Shown in pieces: positions 39,504 through 46,776 of a stretch of DNA of 64,000 nucleotides. Below the pieces are notes generated by a model. The model saw only the letters and a list, made by a program, of their open reading frames with translations, was not told where the DNA came from and did not search any database. Origin of the DNA: a bacterium (lineage in GTDB: Bacteria > UBA8248); contig OY843592.1 in assembly GCA_963692865.2 (NCBI GenBank), positions 448,001 through 512,000 of the forward strand, written 5' to 3'. How positions within the stretch are numbered: position 1 is the stretch's first letter; each line of letters begins with the position of its first letter. A program made the translations under genes and the position numbers.

Positions 39504-40031
39504 TTATTGCTGCGCCTGGGCGTCCTGCATCCGTTTCTTCCTGAACTGCACGGCCTGGATGACGTCCTGCCAGACGAGACGCCCCAGAGGCCCCGAACTG
39601 TAGAGCGATATGTTCACCTTGCCGTCCGGTGAAAGCAGAAAGTTGGTGGCGTGGAGGAAGGGCCTCGGTTTCTCGCCCGCCTCGGGTGAGTAGAAAGCGC
39701 CCGTCGCCTCCGAGATGCGAGCGGGGTCCAGGCTGTGTCCAACCGGAAAATTCACCTTGCCGGCTTCGATGGATTGCAACGCTTCCTCTTCGGGGTCGGT
39801 GGACGCCGCCACCACCTTGATGCCCTCTGCTTCCAGTCTTTCTCCCGCCCGGGAGAATCCCGCCATCTGGGCGAGTCAGTAGGGTCACCAATGGCTGCGG
39901 TAGAAGAGGACGACGCCCCACGAACCCAGCAAGTCATTGGGCAAAGAGATTTTTCCGCCGCCCACCTTGGGAATCTCGAGACTCGGGAAATCATCCCCGG
40001 TGTCCAGGAAGAACCGGTTCACTTTCGGCAT
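39504..40031 (-). CDS. Peroxiredoxin-like (AhpC/TSA, thioredoxin fold) selenoprotein with UxxU motif, 175 aa
   Basis: ATG 40031, MPKVNRFFLDTGDDFPSL...VVLFYRSHW-TGA-P-Y-TGA-LAQMAGF, in frame with the 39504..39866 ORF; TGAs at 39887-39885 and 39878-39876; hairpins follow. Confidence 0.85.
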
Positions 40032-40135
40032 GATGGACTCCACTTTGTCGTGATGATGAATGCGGCTGTTTCATGTGCCTGGGATGTTACCTCTCCTGAA
40101 AGACCATGAAAACCGGCCCGCCGGACTCGCGCGCG

Positions 40136-40174
40136 AAAAAACACCCCCTCGAAGCCGAAACCCGAGGGGGTGTC
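40136..40174 (-). terminator. Intrinsic terminator after the UxxC gene
   Basis: Minus strand ACACCCCCTCG...CGAGGGGGTGT-TTTTT. Confidence 0.75.
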
Positions 40175-40187
40175 CAAAAGACGCGCG

Positions 40188-40688
40188 CTAGTTCTGGGAA
40201 GCCATCATCTTCTTCTGGAACTGAACCAGACCCACCACGTCCTGCCACACGAGGCGGCCGATGGGGCCGGTGCTGTAGACGGCAACGGCCACCGTTCCAT
40301 CGGGCTTCAGGACGTAGCCCGTGCTGTGGATGATCTGGCGTTTTTCCTCATAGAAACAACCCGTGAGCTCGGAAATATGCTTGTTGTCCAGGCCATAGCC
40401 CACGGGGAAGTTGATCCCGCATTCCTCAATCGTTCCCTTCGCGTTCTCCTCCGTGTCCACGGAGGCTGCAACAACCCTGACGCCTTCTTCCTTGAGCTTC
40501 GCCGCCCTGTCGAAGGCCGTAAGCTGCTGCTTGCAGTACGGTCACCAGTGTCCGCGGTAGAGCAGAACCACCCCCCAATCGCCCGCAAGGTCGCCGGGCA
40601 GGGAGATTTTTCCTCCCCCCACCTGGTCCACCTCGAGGCTCGGGAAGGGGTCGCCCGAGTCGATCATCTTGTCCGTCATTCGTGGCAT
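40188..40688 (-). CDS. Peroxiredoxin-like (AhpC/TSA) selenoprotein with UxxC motif, 166 aa
   Basis: ATG 40688 with CAGGAGG RBS; ...VVLLYRGHW-TGA(40544-40542)-PYCKQQL... joins two ORF-track fragments in frame. Confidence 0.88.
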
Positions 40689-40846
40689 CAATGCGCCCTC
40701 CTGAAAATGAATGAAGTGAAAAAGCCTGAGACTCCAAGTTCTGAAACGCGACCATTTATACTCCTCAGGCGGAGACATTTCAAACCGAAGCGGGCCTCTC
40801 CCGAAACGTCGCGGCGATGAAGCACGCGTTTTTCACCCCGGCGGTC

Positions 40847-40875
40847 TTGACACCGCGATGGCCCCTTTTTAGCAT
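40847..40875 (+). promoter_or_regulatory. sigma70 promoter
   Basis: TTGACA-17-TAGCAT upstream of the 40922 ORF. Confidence 0.6.
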
Positions 40876-40921
40876 AGGCCCACTTTTTCAAAAGGCTCTC
40901 GATGAGCACAGGAGACCCTCA

Positions 40922-41200
40922 ATGAGCAATGCGACTTCTTGTGAATGCAAGACCATAAAACTGCAGGGCGAATACGAAAAGGCGGCCGGCGCATGCAACC
41001 ACGAGATTCACCTGTCCGATGAGGACACGGAGCGCTATCTGCCCCGCGATGAATCCCAGGAAAACATGATCATCTCGAAAGAATGCCGGATTCCCCCCCT
41101 CACCAGCGTCATCCGCTACGGCGAGGGTTATTACGTCCTCAAAAAAGGCCGGGTCATGCGGGAGGGCTTCAGCCGGACGCTCCCCGAGTACAAGCAGTAA
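40922..41200 (+). CDS. Small Cys-containing hypothetical protein, 92 aa
   Basis: AGGAG RBS, upstream promoter, CEC...CNH...C. Confidence 0.65.
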   Translation: MSNATSCECKTIKLQGEYEKAAGACNHEIHLSDEDTERYLPRDESQENMIISKECRIPPLTSVIRYGEGYYVLKKGRVMREGFSRTLPEYKQ

Positions 41201-41264
41201 ACCTGCGGGCGGACTTCGCCGCCTTCCAAAAGCGAATCACACTCGATCCTCAAGGAGATGAACC

Positions 41265-41627
41265 ATGCGCGCCCAAAAATACAGTTGGGACGAAATGCCC
41301 GAGGAGGTCTTGAACGATACCTTATCGCGAAAGATGGTGGTGGGCGAAAAAGAGATGCTTTGCTGGCTCCAGCTCAAACCCGGGTGCGTGGTGCCCCTGC
41401 ACAGCCACGAGCACGAGCAGATCTCCCACGTCATCAAGGGAAGACTTCGGTTCTTCATTGACGATGAAACCGTGGAAATCGGGCCGGGTGAAACGCTCCT
41501 CATCCCACCACACGTCCCCCACTCCGTGGAAGTCGTGGGCGATGAGACGGCGATAGACTACGACATCTTCAGCCCCATCCGCGAAGACTGGGTCGACGGG
41601 ACCGATGATTACCTGAGAGACGAATAA
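41265..41627 (+). CDS. Cupin domain protein
   Basis: PLHSHEHEQ, PHVPH, DIFSPIREDW. Confidence 0.9.
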   Translation: MRAQKYSWDEMPEEVLNDTLSRKMVVGEKEMLCWLQLKPGCVVPLHSHEHEQISHVIKGRLRFFIDDETVEIGPGETLLIPPHVPHSVEVVGDETAIDYDIFSPIREDWVDGTDDYLRDE

Positions 41628-41767
41628 CCGGAATTCACCCGCCGTAGGCTGGCCTGCCGCCGCGAGAGCGTATCGGTGCGGCCTCCCTGCGCGCCGTTTG
41701 GTGCGTTCCGCGACTTGCCAAACAATACGAACCCAGAAAAAATTCCGAAACTCATGATTTCCCTTCA

Positions 41768-41937
41768 TCCCCAGATATTGTATCCACAACCCATCCACAT
41801 ACTATATATGGATTCCCTCTAACCAGTTGCTTTATTTGAGGTAATCCGGTTTCCCCCATCTGGATAAACTGTGGGTAAAATCCCCTTTTTAACCCAATAT
41901 CTTGTGTGGCGAGAAAAAAATATACTACATTTTGTAT
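41768..41937. promoter_or_regulatory. Array of NrdR-like boxes (41768-83, 41799-814, 41892-907, 41922-37), DnaA-like boxes (41780-88, 41791-99, 41859-67, 41870-78) and IHF-like site (41820-32)
   Basis: Cores CCAGATATTG, CTATATATGG, CAATATCTTG, CTACATTTTG fit CwAtATaTwG and form pairs 31 and 30 bp apart; 9-mers are 1-2 mismatches from TTATCCACA. Confidence 0.7.
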
Positions 41938-41945
41938 TAAATTTC

Positions 41946-41974
41946 TTGACAGATGGAAAAATTCGGCTTACCTT
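41946..41974 (+). promoter_or_regulatory. sigma70 promoter
   Basis: TTGACA-17-TACCTT. Confidence 0.7.
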
Positions 41975-41980
41975 GTCAGG

Positions 41981-42276
41981 CAAGGGTAGCAGATAAAGTC
42001 ACTTCAGCAAGAGTTCAGGTAGGCGCGTCCGCCCCACATCTTTACAGAAAAGTAATTTTCGCAGGAAGGTCGTCGACGTTTGTCGTGATGTTGGGCGGAA
42101 AAGTGATCCTTCCGGGCATCGCCTGCCCTTTCCTTCCAGATGATGCCCTAATCCCACCTAGGGGCCCCCACGGGGCCCCATAAATATGAAATACCGGCCT
42201 ACGGGCACCGACGCCGGATGCCGCTCAAGCACCGTTCAGAACAAAACAGCCCCCCTCGCCGGGAGGGGGGCTTTCT
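41981..42276 (+). ncRNA. Candidate structured non-coding RNA, unassigned family
   Basis: Promoter upstream, terminator downstream, several nested stems (42028-40/42087-99, 42047-60, 42074-85, 42114-25/42137-48, 42161-79), no credible ORF. Confidence 0.5.
42248..42276. terminator. Bidirectional intrinsic terminator (hflC and the candidate ncRNA)
   Basis: AGCCCCCCTC-gccgg-GAGGGGGGCT flanked by A-rich and T-rich tracts. Confidence 0.8.
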
Positions 42277-42291
42277 ATATCAGAGACGATA

Positions 42292-43245
42292 TTACTCGGA
42301 TTTTTTCTCTGCCGTTTCCTTGAGTCTGCTCTCGGCTTTGACTTGCTCCACACCCTTGTTCTCGGAGCTTTGCAGGAAGCGGAGGAAATCACTGCTTGCG
42401 GGCAGCACCAGGGTCGTCTTGTCCTTGAGCGAGCCCTCATACACTTCGAGGCTCTTCAGGAAAGCGTAGAATTCCTCATCCTGCCCGAACGCCTGGGCAT
42501 TGATGTCAATGCTCTTGGCGTCTCCCTCGCCCTTGATGGTCTGTTCTTTCTCGTAAGCCTCCGCGAGGAGCACGTCTCGCTCACGATTGGTCTCCGCCCG
42601 TATCTTTTGGGCCTGCTCTTTTCCTTCCGAGCGGTACTGGCGGGCGATTCTCTGCCGCTCGGCCTGCATGCGCCCGTAAATGGCCTTCAGGTTCTCGGTG
42701 GGCAAATCGGCGCGCTTCAAGCGCACGTCCACGATCTGAATGCCGTAGGCGCGCGCTTTCTTGTCACTTTCTTTCGTGACCTTGGCCATCAGTTGCGCGC
42801 GTTCTTTCGCCACGATGTCGATCAGGTCCTTGCGGCCGAGTTCCAGGCGCAATTCACTGTAGATGATGTCGTCGAGCCGGGCCTGCGCCCCCGTTTCGTT
42901 GCGGACGGTGCGCAGGAACTGCAGCGGATCGACGATGCGCCAGCGCGAGAAGTTATCCACCACGAGGGATTTCTTGTCCTGCGTGATGATCTCCGTGGGG
43001 TTGGAGTCGTACTCCAGCAGGCGTCGGTCGAAAAACGAGAGTTGCTCCACGAACGGCAGCCGATAGTGAAGGCCCGCATTCCGCAAGACTCGCACGGGCT
43101 TGCCAAACCGGGTGACGACCACCTGTCTGTCTTCGCGAATCGTGAACAGCAGCGAATTGAGGCCAAAGACGATTATCAGGATCAAGACGAACAGGGCGAT
43201 CGTCTTTTTGGGCAATTTTCTGGTTTCTGCTCCCTCGGCGCTCAT
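42292..43245 (-). CDS. hflC: FtsH modulator HflC
   Basis: SPFH domain, ITQDKKSLVVD, RMQAERQRIA, FYAFLKSLE. Confidence 0.95.
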   Translation of the reverse strand: MSAEGAETRKLPKKTIALFVLILIIVFGLNSLLFTIREDRQVVVTRFGKPVRVLRNAGLHYRLPFVEQLSFFDRRLLEYDSNPTEIITQDKKSLVVDNFSRWRIVDPLQFLRTVRNETGAQARLDDIIYSELRLELGRKDLIDIVAKERAQLMAKVTKESDKKARAYGIQIVDVRLKRADLPTENLKAIYGRMQAERQRIARQYRSEGKEQAQKIRAETNRERDVLLAEAYEKEQTIKGEGDAKSIDINAQAFGQDEEFYAFLKSLEVYEGSLKDKTTLVLPASSDFLRFLQSSENKGVEQVKAESRLKETAEKKSE

Positions 43246-44288
43246 CGTTTCGTCACCCCTTCAATTCCATTCCCCCGCAGCGGGAGTATGGGCAGAACGC
43301 CCGATTTGCCCTGATCCAGGATCACCTTGTCCACAGTCGGCATCACCTCTTTCATCATTTCGAGGTAGAGCCTCTCGCGCGTGATCGCCGGCGCTTTTCT
43401 GTATTCCTTGAGCGTCGCCAGGAAGCGATTCGCATCACCACGGGCGTGGCGGATCTTGGTCTCCCGGTAGGCTTCCGATTTCCTGATGATGGCGGCCACC
43501 TTGCCCCGCGTCTCGGGTATCACCTGGTTCTGATAGCCCTGGGCCTCGTTCACGAGGCGGTTTCTGTCCTCACGGGCGCTGGCCACGTCCTTGAAGGCGT
43601 GAATGACTTCCTTGGGCGGCGTCACGTCCTGTAGCTGCACAGCCACCACTCGCAAGCCGGTTTCGTAGCGATCCAGTATCTTCTGAAGCTCCACGAGCGT
43701 CTCCTGCTGAATCGCGCCCTTGCCGGTGGTGAGCGCCTCGTCGATGGGCTTGCTGCCCACCACCTGGCGGATGGCGGCCTCCGCCGCGTGCACCACCGTT
43801 TCTCTGGGGTTGCGCACCTTGAAGAGATACTTGTCCGCCTCCACGATGAGGTACTGGACGATCATGTCGACGTCCACCATGTTCTCGTCCCCGGTCAGCA
43901 TCCTCGATTCATGGGGCTTGTCCGAATATCGGGCGGGAGGCCCGGGGTCGATGGTGCGGAAACCGATCTCCACGCGCTTCACTTCCGTGACTTTCGGCGT
44001 ATAGGCGGTCTCCATCGGGAAGGGCATATGGTAGTTCAGGCCCGAGGACACCACCCGGTCGATGCGTCCGAAGCGCAGCACGATTCCCTGCTCGTCCGGC
44101 CCCACGCTGAAAATACCCGAAGCCAGCCAGAGCAGGGCCGCCACCACGAATATGGCAACGGAGGGAAGTTTGAAATTCGGCAGACGGAACTGCGGCAGCT
44201 TGATCTGCGGCGGGATGCCGCCACCGCCGCCGCCTCCTGATCCACCCCCCTGTCTTCTCGATTTGAACTCATCCCAATCCATCGGCAT
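43242..44288 (-). CDS. hflK: FtsH modulator HflK
   Basis: MLTGDENMVDV, AFKDVASARED, ITRERLYLE; AGGAG RBS before ATG 44288. Confidence 0.95.
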   Translation of the reverse strand: MPMDWDEFKSRRQGGGSGGGGGGGIPPQIKLPQFRLPNFKLPSVAIFVVAALLWLASGIFSVGPDEQGIVLRFGRIDRVVSSGLNYHMPFPMETAYTPKVTEVKRVEIGFRTIDPGPPARYSDKPHESRMLTGDENMVDVDMIVQYLIVEADKYLFKVRNPRETVVHAAEAAIRQVVGSKPIDEALTTGKGAIQQETLVELQKILDRYETGLRVVAVQLQDVTPPKEVIHAFKDVASAREDRNRLVNEAQGYQNQVIPETRGKVAAIIRKSEAYRETKIRHARGDANRFLATLKEYRKAPAITRERLYLEMMKEVMPTVDKVILDQGKSGVLPILPLRGNGIEGVTKR

Positions 44289-44394
44289 GAGCGTCTCTCC
44301 TATTGGCGACGTATGATTTTTGTCGAGACGGAGCGCAAAATATCGCCTCATCAAGCGCCCATCCGCTTCACCCTATGCGCGTTATGGTTTGAAG

Positions 44395-45357
44395 TCAACC
44401 AACCCGAATCCGTTTTCGTCGCACTTGGGCCTCGTTTTTCGCGATTCGCCGGCGCGAAGGCAAACCACCCTGCGCGCCGCGTCTCGTCACCGAACAAGAC
44501 CCGGCGGCGACGGCGAAGCGAACCGCATCCTCGAAACCCGCGCCCTCCGCCAGTTTCGCCGCCAGCGCGCCGCAAAACGCATCTCCCGCGCCCGTGGTAT
44601 CCACTACCTCTATTTCGGCGGAGGGCCTGAACCAGAAAGCCCCTTCCCCGTCCAGTAGAAAAGCTCCCTTTGCGCCCGCCGTGATGACGATCTGCGACGG
44701 TCCCAGACCCTGCAGGTCGCGGGCGGCGCGCAGGAATTCCGCGTCGATTTCGGGTGTTCTCTCGAGTTTCGCCAAATACGCCGCTTCAGTTTCGTTGGGC
44801 GCGAGCACGTCGGTCAGGCGAAGCAACTCATCGGACAATTCCCCCGCCGCCGGAGCCGGGTTCAGGAGGTTGCAGGCACCGCGCTTTCTTCCTTTCCGAA
44901 ACGCGGTCATGATAGACGGAACCGGAACCTCGAGTTGCGCCAGAACGACGTCGCCGAAATCGAGAAGCCCGGACTTTGTTCTCATTCGACCGGGGGTGAG
45001 AAGCGCGTTCGCGCCGGGGGCAACGGCGATTTGGTTCTCGCCCTTCTCGTCCACCACGATGAGCGCCGTCCCCGTGCTCGCTTTGGAGCGCAGTATCCCG
45101 TCGGGCGATATCCCGCTCTCCGCAAGGTGCCGGGCGTAGCCGTCCCCGCCCGCGTCGTCTCCCAACATGGTGACGAAGCGCACCTCCGCCCCGGCGCGGA
45201 CGGCCGCCAAGGCCTGGTTCGCCCCTTTACCGCCCCAATACTCGCGCCGCTCGTCCCCCAGGACGGTCTCGCCAGCGGAGGGGAGTTTGTCCACGCGAAC
45301 GACGATGTCGATGTTCGAGCTTCCCACCACCAGGACGGCGCCTTTCCTACTCTTCAT
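44395..45357 (-). CDS. rbsK: Ribokinase
   Basis: GSSNID, GGKGANQA, GENQI, PNETEA, DTTGAGDAF. Confidence 0.92.
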   Translation of the reverse strand: MKSRKGAVLVVGSSNIDIVVRVDKLPSAGETVLGDERREYWGGKGANQALAAVRAGAEVRFVTMLGDDAGGDGYARHLAESGISPDGILRSKASTGTALIVVDEKGENQIAVAPGANALLTPGRMRTKSGLLDFGDVVLAQLEVPVPSIMTAFRKGRKRGACNLLNPAPAAGELSDELLRLTDVLAPNETEAAYLAKLERTPEIDAEFLRAARDLQGLGPSQIVITAGAKGAFLLDGEGAFWFRPSAEIEVVDTTGAGDAFCGALAAKLAEGAGFEDAVRFAVAAGSCSVTRRGAQGGLPSRRRIAKNEAQVRRKRIRVG

Positions 45358-46363
45358 CGGCGTCCCACCCGCGGTATCTGCGCAGATGCGAGATGAAAAA
45401 CGACAGAAAACCCTTTACGTCCAGATCCAGGGCCACATCGACGGGGTTCTTGACCCGCGCCGTCTTGTTCTCCCTCAGATCCACCACCGTCATTCCGCGC
45501 GCGATGCCCTTGCTTGCGTCCACGTCCACGCGGCAGGGGACGGTCTCCACCAAATCCGGCTTCATCGCGACGGCGAGCGCCAGAGGATCGTGCAGGGTGA
45601 TGTCGTCCGCCCCCCTTCGTTTCTTGGAGAACTTCGCATAGACCCGGGCGAGGTCCCTGAGCGCCGCGCGAAACGCTCCGCCGCCCTCGAATTCATCGAC
45701 GCGAAGGAGCGCGCGCCTCGTCACGTCCAGACCCACCATGGTGATGGGCAGGCCCGACGAGAACACCTCCTTCGCTGCCAGCGGATCGCAATAGATGTTG
45801 AACTCGGCCGCAGGCGTCACGTTCCCGGGCATCCGGGCGGCTCCTCCCATGACCACAATCCGCCTCACTCGGGAGAAGACCCCTGGCGCGCGCCGGAGCG
45901 CCAGGGCCAGATTCGTCAGCGGCCCCAGCGTGATGATCGTCAACGCCGTACCCCTCTCCTCGGCCCGCTCGACAAGCACCTCCCAGGCCGGTTTCGAATT
46001 CCCCCTGCTCATCCGTGGCAAGCGCCTTTTGTTCCTGAACATCGCTCCCAAGCCTTCGGGGCCGTGAATCGCGCGCGATTCGCTCCGGTTCAGGCGGCTT
46101 CCGTCCAGGGCCAGCGCGGCGCCCGGAAAGACGCGAACTTCCGGGACGGGAAACTCGAGATGATCGTGGAAGAATGAGACGAGTCTTCTCGCGTTCCGGT
46201 AAGCCAGACGCACGGAAACGTTGCCGTGCACGGTCGTCACGGCGTCGTACCTGAAAAAGGGGCATGCGAAGCCCATCGCCAGGGCGAGCGCGTCGTCCAC
46301 GCCCGGGTCGCAATCCACCAGGGCGTATCGAACAACCGATCCGCCTTTATTTCCCGCCGCCAC
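45347..46363 (-). CDS. Nucleoside hydrolase (IUNH family)
   Basis: DCDPGVDDA, LGPLTNLA, AEFNIYCDP, LHDP; GTG start inferred from RBS. Confidence 0.92.
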   Translation of the reverse strand: MAAGNKGGSVVRYALVDCDPGVDDALALAMGFACPFFRYDAVTTVHGNVSVRLAYRNARRLVSFFHDHLEFPVPEVRVFPGAALALDGSRLNRSESRAIHGPEGLGAMFRNKRRLPRMSRGNSKPAWEVLVERAEERGTALTIITLGPLTNLALALRRAPGVFSRVRRIVVMGGAARMPGNVTPAAEFNIYCDPLAAKEVFSSGLPITMVGLDVTRRALLRVDEFEGGGAFRAALRDLARVYAKFSKKRRGADDITLHDPLALAVAMKPDLVETVPCRVDVDASKGIARGMTVVDLRENKTARVKNPVDVALDLDVKGFLSFFISHLRRYRGWDADEE

Positions 46364-46776
46364 ACCCAACCCCTTTCTCGTTCGAGAAATACGTGTCATG
46401 TCGTATGGACATCCGGCTTTTCCATACAAACAATACCCCATATCGAGCGGTGCAATCCATTTCGCCTCCTCGATATCCGGTCTTTCGAGGCGAAACGAAG
46501 GAGCGTGGGTTCGTAACGATAAAAAGATCAACGAGTTAAGACCAATTTCTCATTTTGTTTTATAATTTTCATTATTTTCCCTTGCCTTATGAAATAAAAT
46601 AACTCATTAAATTTCAATATCTTAAGTTGATTTCACCATGTCCGAAATTGACAAAGCGCCTTTTTTCATATACTTATGTCTGCTTATAGAATTTGAGTTG
46701 CGCAAAATCACCCGAAACCATACGGGGGCGCAAATCTTTTCATCCTCACTACGAGAGGCTTTCCCACAACTTCGAA

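Noticed and set aside
41760-41945. oriC
   Set aside because: Only four imperfect DnaA boxes and no dnaA, dnaN or gidA context; not excluded, but cannot be supported from this window.
41953-42183. 76-aa ORF MEKFGLP...
   Set aside because: Its ATG lies within the -35/-10 spacer, there is no RBS, and codon usage is atypical; RNA structure explains the region better.
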